A stretch of DNA of 64,000 bases, from the NCBI GenBank assembly GCA_010909165.1, contig VJWM01000134.1:434001-498000 (forward strand). Reading direction: 5' to 3'. This document shows, piece after piece, positions 45,871-56,699 of the stretch. Numbering within the stretch: the first letter of the stretch is position 1; each line of letters begins with the position of its first letter. The stretch is from Anthoceros angustus (Eukaryota; Plantae; Anthocerotophyta). The translations under genes and the position numbers were made by a program. Below the pieces are notes generated by a model. The model ran no database searches and was not told the DNA's origin. It saw only the letters and a list, made by a program, of their open reading frames with translations.

Positions 45871-48072
45871 GAGCCTGGGATCATGTGCAGGAATGCCGTA
45901 AACAGTACGTAGCTTGCACGTAATGTGCAATTTGTAATCTCCAGCGCTGGGCAAGGTGGGTTATATTCACATCCGATTCCGGGCCCGTTAACCTAGTGAC
46001 GCTTCGGTTGCAAGCCTCTGCGCACAGGCGAGATCAAATTATCAAATTCTGCGGCCAGCAACTTGGTCATCTACCAGTACCATTTTCGAACTATCAAATT
46101 ATGAAGAAAAAGTCCACTGATACCGGCCAGCAGAAGTTGGGAACCCGGAAGCTTCGACATCTTTGGCCATCTGATGCTACTGCCGAGAGGGCTTTCCCAA
46201 GAATGGTTTTGCGGTAAGAAGAAACTACATCTTCTCCTACCTGTAGGAGAATGTGAGGTTTCTTCTTACCGCAGAACAAATAGCCTCTCCGTGTAGGTAG
46301 GATGGCAGCAACCATGATAGGAGTGCCCTAGAGTCTAGGCTCAAGGAAGTTGCAAAATCACAAAATATGTCCCACACCATTCTTTAGATCTGGATACTAC
46401 ACTTTGCTCCGGTTGATTTAGCTCTCTCTAGGCATATAATAGGGTATCATATTAAAAACTTCAAATTTCAAAATAAACTAAAGCTATTGGGAGGGATGGC
46501 CCCCACAGCTACAAGCCCCTGATGGATCGGAAGCACGGATCAGGCCAGCCCAAATCTGTACTTGCATGGAATCCAATAAGCATCAAAAATCACAACATAC
46601 ATGAGTGTGTAACACCTTAAGAAAGCCAAAGGTTTCACCCTCTAGTCACAGATGGGTCACCTGTGCTGACCGGTGCACAGGTGAAACGACATATATATTA
46701 GGGTTCGAGTGTGGGACAATGGCCTCAGCCGAAAGATGGTGATTTAACTTTCAACAGGAATCTTCAGAAGTTTTCGGATTGTAATTTGCATCACTGGCCA
46801 TGTCTCCACCACTGCCTACCCAGAAAATCACACAAGCGCTAGAGGCACATGCAAGCATCCACAGAACTGTACTTGACCGGAAGAAGTTGTCAGCTGGTAG
46901 TGCATGTTGTATCATCACCAGACTAAGAACAGGTCTATGAGTTGATCATCATCCAACTTCGGATCAGTCTGGAGAGGAAAGCAGCTCGCTCAATGAGCAA
47001 CACAGGCATCCAACAGGGTGTATGTAGGGGTAACAAACTCAAGAGAGATGACCACAATCCACCATGCTTGTCAGATGGTACGCAGTATCACGCACTCGAC
47101 AGTCGCAGCCATGAAACAGATCAAAGAGAGGCATCACAACTCTGCACTGGGCCGATTCACCGGTATGGATCGACCCCAGGCGCCAGTACACCAGCAACTT
47201 TCTGGGACACAATGTGGCCGCGCAGCTGCGAACGTGTCTGAGATGCTATTGTCAGGTGACACACACGAACGAACGAACTGAATGCTTCAGCGAAATTTCA
47301 AGTCACTGTATGCCTCCGATGAATCAGGCGAACATAGCGGACCAACGGGTCACGCTAGAAACAAGGCACGACCAAGAAAAGACCAACACACACAAGGAGG
47401 CCAGAAAGCGCAAAAACATGGAGCCTAGAAGGCACATCGACAAGCCTGCTCCGTAATCCGGGACAGGGCGCGTACAGAAGTCCAGAGCCTAGCCCCGCTC
47501 TCCTTGCTAGGGCACACGACGCTAGGGCGGCATCCACCTGAAATACAAGCAAGGGGCTCGATTGCATCACAGAAGAGGACCTCTTGGTTGTTATGTAGCC
47601 CCCTACACCATTTTTAGGGCTTCTATCTTTATATGAATTAGGGTTTTGGGCTTCTATCATTATATCAGTTAGGGTTTTGGGCTTCTATCCTATTTGATTA
47701 GGGTTTTGCAAAACCGGTTGATGAGTAGTTGATTTGAAAGGTCTAAAACTCTAGAGCGGCATAGTCTTACCACATAAATCAAAGAAAATATTATTGAGGG
47801 GAAAAAAATGATGGGGAGAGCCATTTAGGGACAACAATGGGCGATCCTAGAGTCGGGATAAAAAGGAGCTATTAAGTCCCCAACCTAAAGTCACTTATTA
47901 TGCAAGCAATATGATAAGGTAGGTAGGGCAAATGGCCTACTCACAACGGAGGAAGAAGAAGATGCAATCACCTGCTGTCGCCACGTTGTGAAGGATCTCT
48001 GTTGCGAGAGCCCGTTGAGAGGTGATAGAAACGCGCTGTAAGAAAAATATCATGAAGAAATAGGGGGACAGC

Positions 48073-48727
48073 CCCGCCCCATGTCTGTGGGCATGGTAGA
48101 CTTAGGTGCAGGATTTTGAAAATTTATCGAAGTCCTCAGCCATTGTCCCATAAGTATCTAAGGCCCGCCCCATGTCTGTGGGCATGGTAGACTTAGGTGC
48201 AGGATTTTGAAAATTTATCGAAGTCCTCAGCCATTGTCCCATAAGTATCTAAGGCGAGCGAGATGAAGAGATGGCCGCTTGCATCCCGTCATGCTTCCTA
48301 ACCGGGCATGTAGAAGAAGAAGAAGAATTTTATTTAAGTCCACTAAGGACGGATTTCCGTCATGGGACTCGGTCCTTAACAACAGAAGAATTTTATTTAA
48401 GTCCACTAAGGACGGATTTCCGTCATGGGACTCGGTCCTTAACAACTTTATTTAAGTCCACTAAGGACGGATTTCCGTCATGGGACTCGGTCCTTAACAA
48501 CTTGTACCATGGTTGCCTAAGCTACTTGCACCAAGGGCATCCATTCCCTTTAGGCACCCCATCTAAGTACCGATCCAAGCTCAGGATGCTTAATCACGGC
48601 GTTCTTATAAATGTGTGTCCATTTGGCCACCAAGGGCATCCATTCCCTTTAGGCACCCCATCTAAGTACCGATCCAAGCTCAGGATGCTTAATCACGGCG
48701 TTCTTATAAATGTGTGTCCATTTGGCC
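48073..48727. repeat. Three abutting tandem duplications (91 bp x2; ~63 bp x3; 99 bp x2)
   Basis: Units start at 48073/48164; 48321/48384/48447; 48529/48628. Confidence 0.92.
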
Positions 48728-49382
48728 TAGGCCAGTTGGACAAGATTTAGGCTTAGGCGCAAGATTTTGGCATCTTCCTCCCTATACACGTGTCGTTCTC
48801 TCAGCGATCCTCCCCCAACACCATGCCTCGGTCTCCGCAGCGTGCATTCCACTTACCCAAACGAGTGCATTCCCGCCCTGCTGCACATGGAGGCCACGTG
48901 GGAAGTTGAACTCGTCCAGTGTTGAAACCGTCATGGCTCGCCGTGTGACATTCCCTTCCACTTTTCAGGAAATAAGCTAATGTTTCCTCCGATTCATCTA
49001 CAAATACCCTAGAAAAAACGACGTGTATCTGAAAAAGCCGTGCAGTCCACGGCGGGGATTTTTTACAGGCACAGCCAGGTGGCCTTTCGGGATAAGGCGA
49101 TCAGCCGGTGCCGACGAGGATGAACCTTCCCGTGAAAGCCCCCGTTCCAGTCCTTTATAGCCGCGACTTACGTCCGCGACTTGGAGCAGGGCGCGGTCGA
49201 GGCAGGGGTCGGTCAAGCCTGCATCCGAAAAGAGCGCGCTTTTTCCAGGTGAGGACACGGAGCCGACATCACGCATTGCATTTGATTCAATAGTTTGTTT
49301 AGTTTCTGGCAGCGCATTCCGCCATGGCAACTTTCAAGGAGTGATCTGAAGATGGGAGTGGGTTGTGGCAGTGACGAGGAAG

Positions 49383-50291
49383 ATGAAGGGTGTGTGCCTC
49401 CCCGTGCAGCTCGCCATTGTGGCGCTGCTCATGGTTGCAAGCAGCGGCATTGGGGCCGCGGCCAGCAACCAGCATCACAAACGGCCCGACGTCCCCAAGG
49501 GAGTGAGCCTCTCCTACCCGCCCTTCACCTCGGCCCTCAACTGCAGCTTCGACGGAGCAGACGTTCCCGTGAGGGACATCTGCACGCCGTCCGTCCCGCC
49601 CGGGCAGATCGTTTTCTCCTATGACAATGACGTCATCTCCGTGCGCTACGCGTACAACAAGAAGGTGCGGCTGTACAAGAAGAAGAGCAGGCTCGCGGCC
49701 TCCTTCTCCACGGAGTACGTCATCAACTTTGACCGCGACAGTGAGCGGAGCGTGCAGCGGGTGTTCGGAGGGGGGTTCGCCTTCGCCATCACCCCCACCC
49801 AGGACGTGGGCAGCAGCGGGCCCGAGAGCTTTGGTTTGTTCGAGATCGATCCCGCCACGGGCAAGTCGCTGCGCGGGAAGAAGACCAAGACCGTGGCTGT
49901 GGAGATTGACACGTCCCGGGTGGAGGGGGAGACCTGGGACCCTCAGATTCCGCATGTCGGGCTGGATATCAACAGCGTGGACTCCGTGGTGGACAGCTTC
50001 CTCTGGGACGGGGCCAGCTTCATCGATCGGAAGATTGGGGTGTTCATTGATTACGATGCCAGGAAGGAGTATCTGTCTGTGAAGTTTCAGAACATCTCTG
50101 CTAACGGGAAGCCTGATAAGAAGAAGGCCAAGCTGTACCTTCAGTACTCGGGTTTGAAGCTCTCGGATTACGTGAATGAGAAGTCGTATGTTGGGTTCTC
50201 TTCCAGAGTTCCTGTCACCACTGATGGGGTCTACAGGCTTTACGACTGGAAGTTCAGCACCAAGTGGGTTGTCACTCGTCACTGGCATTGA
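49383..50291 (+). CDS. Secreted legume (L-type) lectin-domain protein, no kinase domain, intronless
   Basis: Signal peptide MKGVCLPVQLAIVALLMVASSG; ASFSTEY, GGGFAFAI, TVAVEIDT, HVGLDINSVDS, IDYDA, SYVGFSS, LYDWKFST. Confidence 0.9.
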   Translation: MKGVCLPVQLAIVALLMVASSGIGAAASNQHHKRPDVPKGVSLSYPPFTSALNCSFDGADVPVRDICTPSVPPGQIVFSYDNDVISVRYAYNKKVRLYKKKSRLAASFSTEYVINFDRDSERSVQRVFGGGFAFAITPTQDVGSSGPESFGLFEIDPATGKSLRGKKTKTVAVEIDTSRVEGETWDPQIPHVGLDINSVDSVVDSFLWDGASFIDRKIGVFIDYDARKEYLSVKFQNISANGKPDKKKAKLYLQYSGLKLSDYVNEKSYVGFSSRVPVTTDGVYRLYDWKFSTKWVVTRHWH

Positions 50292-51089
50292 TCCATTTGC
50301 GTGTAGTGGGTTGTGACCCGCGAGTGGCACTGATGTTTTGCGTGTAGCGGTGTTTAATACCAGGTCGTTTGTCAGCAGCAAGTGGCGGTGTCTGCATTTC
50401 TAGGCAGACGAAGCTGCATTGCCTGCACATCGGCTTAGTCCTACCGGCTTGACAGAGCCTGACTTAGATCTGTAGACAAAGATTTTTCGAATTCTGCTTG
50501 CTGGTCCTCGCCCATAACACTGACGTTACCCGATTTAGCCAAGACTTGTCCAGATGTACCGCCAACAAATACAGTGCCAAGACTTTTCCACATGCATTAA
50601 AAACAAGTACTGAATTGGAATGGTTGGAACCATCATGTTGTCTATTTTCTTGTGCTCGACAAGGAAACAACAGTTATGCCTGAACACGGAGATCAAGTCC
50701 CACAACTCAATTTATGGCTGAAGACCCTTCAGTGAAGAGTGGAACTTTCAGTCTGTAGCCCTCAAAGTAGAATCAAGGCCGGTCTTCCTCAACAGCCTTA
50801 CAGTTGCTAAACACTTCAGCAAAGATTGCTCAGCTGCCTGTGCCTGTTTGCTCCACTCTGCTACCTCGAACAATTTGATCTCACATAATCACACACGTCC
50901 CAGCCACTGCTACGGAGTTTGCGTTAACTATACAGGTCCTCCTTGAAGTCTGAAAGGACTACATATTAGGTTGTCGACTTCTTCAATTGCAGAGAGGTCT
51001 TTCTGTTACGCGTTTTCTTTCCAGCTGCCTTCAGAAGCCCTGGTGAAGGTCACCCTGTTTGCACGGGATACCGTCTCCGACTGTTCACA

Positions 51090-51375
51090 CTGTACAGAGC
51101 TCCACGTCCCATGGGTTGAAACCCAGCGTATGCAGCGATCGGCTCCAACAGGAGCAGAAGCGTACAGCGTATGAGATGCGGGTGAATGGCTTGGCTTTCC
51201 TTGCCAATATGGGGATGGAAGCGGATCCCGGTGTTGGCTTGCCAATCTGGGGAGTAAGGACCACGATGGAAATGCCACCCCCCCATCCCTTCCCCTCTCT
51301 GGTCTGGCCCTTCTAACCCTGCAGAATCCTCATCCCCAATCCTCCCTTGATTTCCACATCCCTCACCTGCACTCC
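51090..51375 (-). repeat. Inverted homolog of 45350-45870
   Basis: Reverse complement aligns to 45350-45430 and 45640-45860. Confidence 0.85.
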
Positions 51376-52327
51376 TTCCCCACTCCTTCTCCTGCTCCAC
51401 GGGTTCTTTCTTTCTTGGGACGATCCAGTTCTGATTGATGAAAGTATCTGCTCACACCACAAGCAACAAGTCACACTCGCCAGACGGTGGACTACCTACA
51501 AATGCTTGCCGCCACAACCGCTGTTGCTGCGAAATTGACGAGGCATTGTTGTAGAAGACAGGTATGTATGCCTCTGTGAGTTGAATCCAGGCGCTCAACT
51601 TGAAAGGAAACGTAAATAATTCCTCCGGTACTTTCTCACCCGGCCCTCAACGCTGCATGAAGCACCTGAACAACGAGTCTGTAATTGTTCACTTTGAGGC
51701 TGGAAAAACAACTACGTGGATCCAAAGGGTCATCGCATCTAGACAAGTCCATGAGCTGGGACTCTCCAGAACTGCGGCTTAAGGGAACTGTCACTGCAAA
51801 CTAGTCCGGGAAGTGCTTTCAGCATATGCAAACATGACACGGTGCGTGACATACCACAATGGCATAAATGTTGGTGGTAGCCCATTCATTTTAAAGAGGG
51901 ACACAAACAAGGAGAACACCGCAAAATTTCTTGAAGAACATCAAAATAACACAATCCTGCATACTAGTATATAGAAGCTAACATTAGATCTTACCCCATC
52001 TACAAATTCCCAAGTGGAGAGCAACTCCCATGTAGGAAGTTACTATAAATAATAACCTCCTCGTGAATAATAGTTTTCTCGATAGAAATAGCTTTCGACT
52101 ATATATGGCATTATAGGGCGACATAATATAGTCATTCACTTCATTAGTTGGGCCACTCTTTTCATTTTTCAAGGAAGAAACGAATAATGGTCTAAGAAAA
52201 AGAAACCTATTTGATGTATTTTTTGAAAGCTGATGTGTTTTTCCCATTGAATTGAGACAATTATAATCTATAGATTTTTCGTTCATAGTAAAGAGGAACA
52301 TAGTGAGGAGTTGGTCTACAAGTCATC

Positions 52328-53764
52328 ATGGAGGATGACGGAGTTCTTGGAGGCTCAATACAACCTCCTTTACCCGGAAACCTACCTATAAGTCTTCGAT
52401 GGCTAGAAGAATTTATTCTAATGCACAACAATTTTCATACAACTGTCTGCACAGATCATAAGACAACAAGGAAAAGCTCGAAGTTTAATAATATATTTTA
52501 TTGTGTTACTTGTGTACAAAGTTCACTATGTAGGGTGTGTGTGAATAATGACCATTTAAACCATCAAACCTTAAAAACAAGGTTGGTTGGTTATCGTCTC
52601 AGCGTTCGTGTAGAAGACATTCAAGCTGTAGATAAAGAGGTTGATTATTCTCATATTACATCTTATAAAGATAGAGATTCCTATGTATTTGCTATACAAA
52701 GCAGAAAAGAAGATAGAAAAAAGAAAAAAGCAAATAATGAGCTCACGCAAGCTAAAAAACACCATGGGACATTCTGCACTTATTGTATGAGATCAGCTTA
52801 TCCCGAGACTCAAAATAGGTCTTCATTTTGTTCACTAGCATGCAAGTTTTATTTTTTGAACAAAAATATGACAAGTGGAGCCAAGGAGCTTCAAGATTTG
52901 GAGCTTGACGTATTGCCTAAGAGAAACAGTCATCATATCACTAAGAAAAGAAAAGCATATATGGTTAATGGAGTTAAGGAGATTCAAGACTTCGAGCCCG
53001 ATGTATCGCCGAAGAGAAACATTAATCACAACACTAAGAAAAGGAATGCAGATATGACTGATGGAGTCCATGAGATTCAAGCTTTAGAGCTCGACATATC
53101 CCCAAAGGTAAACAATAATCACAACACTAAGAAGACTAAGAGAGATATGAATGATGGAGTTCAGGAGATTCAAGGTTTGGAGCTGGATATATCTCCAAAG
53201 GGAAACAATAATCGCAACGCTAAGAAGACTACGAGAGATATGAATGATGGAGTCCAGGAGATTCAAGGTTTGGAGCTCGACATATCTCCTAAGGGAAACA
53301 ATAATCGCAACACTAAGAAGACTAAGAGATATTTGAATGATGGAGTCCACAAGATTCAAGATTTGGAGCTCGACATATCTCCAAAGAGAAACAATAATCG
53401 CAGCAATAAGAAAAAAAAAGCAAAACCGGTTCCTGAATTGGACAAAGAAACAAGTGATACATTCCACTTGGTTAGAGTAGATGAAAATCTAGAAGTGGAT
53501 GCTTTGACGATTTTTCACATTGATCAATCTTCACGTATTATTTTGATCAAAGTACCAGATACAAGAAATGCAAGGGAAGTAATGAGAGAACTCCCTACTT
53601 ATCTGTCTGAAATGCATCTTAATAGTGCCGACAATTGTATAAAAGTCCAATACCCACCCGACAAATTGAGTGCAGATGTGATAGGAGACTTACATCATTT
53701 AGATATTTTTGTTAAAAAGAATGCAATAAGCAAATATCGCATACATAGTCTATTAAATTATTGA
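52328..53764 (+). CDS. Divergent PLATZ-type zinc-binding protein with six 31-aa repeats; intronless, AT-rich
   Basis: WLEEF..C..H..FYCVTC..LCRVC...H..H; DYSHITSY; CTYCMR..FCSLACK match the PLATZ Cys/His pattern. 93-bp repeats at ~52877-53420. Confidence 0.85.
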   Translation: MEDDGVLGGSIQPPLPGNLPISLRWLEEFILMHNNFHTTVCTDHKTTRKSSKFNNIFYCVTCVQSSLCRVCVNNDHLNHQTLKTRLVGYRLSVRVEDIQAVDKEVDYSHITSYKDRDSYVFAIQSRKEDRKKKKANNELTQAKKHHGTFCTYCMRSAYPETQNRSSFCSLACKFYFLNKNMTSGAKELQDLELDVLPKRNSHHITKKRKAYMVNGVKEIQDFEPDVSPKRNINHNTKKRNADMTDGVHEIQALELDISPKVNNNHNTKKTKRDMNDGVQEIQGLELDISPKGNNNRNAKKTTRDMNDGVQEIQGLELDISPKGNNNRNTKKTKRYLNDGVHKIQDLELDISPKRNNNRSNKKKKAKPVPELDKETSDTFHLVRVDENLEVDALTIFHIDQSSRIILIKVPDTRNAREVMRELPTYLSEMHLNSADNCIKVQYPPDKLSADVIGDLHHLDIFVKKNAISKYRIHSLLNY

Positions 53765-56699
53765 ATTTTGTTTATATAATATTAGAAATACAACTATATT
53801 GGTTGCTCTTCAAAGTTCTTTAACTTCTTGCATATATCGAGTAAAGAGCTCTTTTTCAAAGCCGCAACAAGTAGATGAAAGAGATGCAATATCTCTTTTG
53901 TTTGTTGTTGCATTAATATAGTGCAGGAGCCTAGGACTTTTGGATTTTTTTATTTTTATTAAAATTTTGAATATCTATTTATATAAATATTAAAAATAAT
54001 AGAACCAAGCACTGAAATTCAACATATGACCTAGCCAAGGGGACGTCAAGTGTCCAACACCGCAATCAAGGTGCCACACGGCCTCTAAACTAGGTAGTAC
54101 AAATCCAGGTGCTTGACCTACATGTCATGCCCTGTGACACTAATCTCTGCATTTGGGTTTAGTGTTTGATTAGTATTAATTAATCTAATTACTTATCTTT
54201 AAGTAAGTGATTGGTATTAATTAATATGAAGCTATGACTCCGAGAGCGAAAAGAAAAGGTGGTGATTGTAAGGCAAAGGCCATAATTCTTAAAACTTGGC
54301 TCTTGCGTATGTCTCAGTGTTGTGATCACCTTGACTGAGAACAGCACCATGCTAGACAGTGGAAGGGGACTAATCAAGCCAATAAGATGTCTTCATGCAA
54401 GATTTATTAAAGCACGACAAATGTTTAGCTATTTGGTAGTATGCTGTGGGTTCGAAATCGGCAAACCTTATGTATGTCGCACGAGATAAGCAATTGAATT
54501 CATATAAGCACTTCCTCAACAAACAACCAAGCAAAACAAATATAATATGCAAGTATAGGTGCAAACCAATGAACAATAGGAGAGAGTAGCTCACACGTCG
54601 TGGCACGAAAATACTCAAATGCACGATGTGCGAGGGTTCTCTTCTCCAATTACGACTTTTGCCTTACAAATACATGAACAAGAATGCACAATGTGCTGGG
54701 GTTCGCTTTGCAGCCTTTGCCTTACAATAACAACCATTGACTTACAACTACGACCTTTGCATTACAATTACATCACTACACTATTATGGCTCGGTTTATG
54801 ATGGAATTAAATACATTGTGACGAAATGGGAAACCTTATGACAATCTGGCCGGTCCGCGAAATTGTCTTATCCTTGTGTTTTTTAAATCGGGCTCCATTT
54901 GCTTATGACGCTCCCACACCGTCTGTGCGATTCCGTTCCCGTTCGCCGCCAGTGGACTATCGTCCGGCTAGACTACTCTCTCATTTCTTGTGGCATTGGG
55001 TACCAGTCCATCGTCCGGTGGTGGATGGTCGTCCGTGCCCGCCAGCGTTGGTTTGAGTTCTCTCTCCGACGTCCGTCGATGGGCGGCCCGAGGGTTTCTA
55101 GTCTATGCTTGCCATGTGCCATGTTCTTCGTAGTTGGTTCTGCGCATGTCCTTTTGCCTTCTGACATGGTCCTTTGGCAGATGACCTCAGTCGAAGAAAA
55201 CCATGCGAGCACCTCAAGCATGACGCGACAGGGTCATGTATGATGCACCCGTTTTCTAATTGTGATTATTTTAATCAATTAAATAGTAAACTCCTGTTTA
55301 GGTCCTCGTCTGCTTAAGTGTGTCGGTGGGTTCCACGTTATCTTTGGTCTGGTTAAAAACAAATGGATTTTGTAGGTTAAACATAAACCGACGGATTTCG
55401 CAAGAAGATGTTGTATGATTACGATGCAGTTATTGAGTACGCATTTCCGCAGCAGTCTGGGGTTTAATGTTTGCCGGGATGCCAATCCCAACCATCTGGG
55501 AGTGTGACATCAGCAAGAGGTGTTCAGGCTTCAAAGCCTTTCCTTGCTTGAAACATGTAAAGGTCTGACGTCTACCTCCTACCAAAACTGGCCGCCCTTC
55601 GGCCTTTGAAGTGGAATCACTCTTGGCGAGATGCGCTCATTGGATGTCCCTTCGCCTCTTCCTCTTGGCGCCTCACGCCAAGGCCCCTTCCTATTCCTGA
55701 GGCCCGCCAATCTTGGCGTGTAGGGGGGGGGTCAGGCCGATCCACGCCCTCCACAAGCTCACCACCAACTCCATCCCGAATTGCTAGCCTGGTGACCCTG
55801 CAGCTTGGAGTGGCAACGAGCTCTTGCGTCTCGTGGACAATCTGGGTGCGTGCATGGTTAGGTGCTCACTTTAGTTAGAAACGGTTGAAACGCTCTTATT
55901 TTGTCCTCACGCAATGTCTACAATTTTGAAAAATTCATTTCTTTTCCAACTTGTCTGATTTTTTTTAAATGTTATGGTAATGTCTATTTTTATCTAGGAT
56001 TAAAATTTAATAAATAATGGTATATTAAAATATGCTTAAAAAATTCAACTTGTTTAAGGACAATGTTCCCACATAGGCCTTTTGCCGCTTCATTTCACGA
56101 ACTCGTGGCCGAACGGGCCCGCCACGCCTTCAAATGCTCCGAGTTTAATAATCATGGAGGTTGAATATCATTTGTGGTGCAAAGGGATGGAGTACGTGCA
56201 TACCGCTAGGCCGGGCAAATGACCTAGGTACCGAGCTCAACTTGAACTCAGAGGCTAGGTAATCGCTAAGCCTGTGGCTACATGTGGAGGACGCGTGGTG
56301 GAAGGAGCGGATCGTTGACGGCAAAGTTGCAAGTAGGTCCGCTTGGTGGTGGATAGGGGCGGTGGCCGCTTCAAATACGGTGGATAGTGCCGTGGCGTTG
56401 GAGGTGCCTCAAACCCTTGGCGTTTTGGATATGGCTCGGCCACCTTCCCAACAACGGAGTCGATGGGCGCCAAACGCCGTGCTAACGGCGGAAGCACTAA
56501 TACAAGGTGCTTCACGTGAAGTCTGTGGTGTGGAGGAAGAAGGGTAGGGATACATCTTGAGGTGGAGGAGTGATGTTAAACGAGGAGTCACGTCCTCCAG
56601 CCAAGGAGAGTAGGGAGGATGCTCCTTCCGGGAGAGTTGAAGGAGAGGGCGTAAAACATCAACGCAGTGACATAGAGAGCGGCAGGCTCTTGCACTGTA

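Noticed and set aside
46608-46718. Tiny TG...CA solo LTR or Helitron end with hairpin CACCTGTGC/GCACAGGTG
   Set aside because: No TSD match and no CTRR terminus after the hairpin.
47614-47708. Interstitial telomere (TTAGGGTTTT x3)
   Set aside because: A ~31-bp tandem unit containing a telo-box, not consecutive TTTAGGG repeats.
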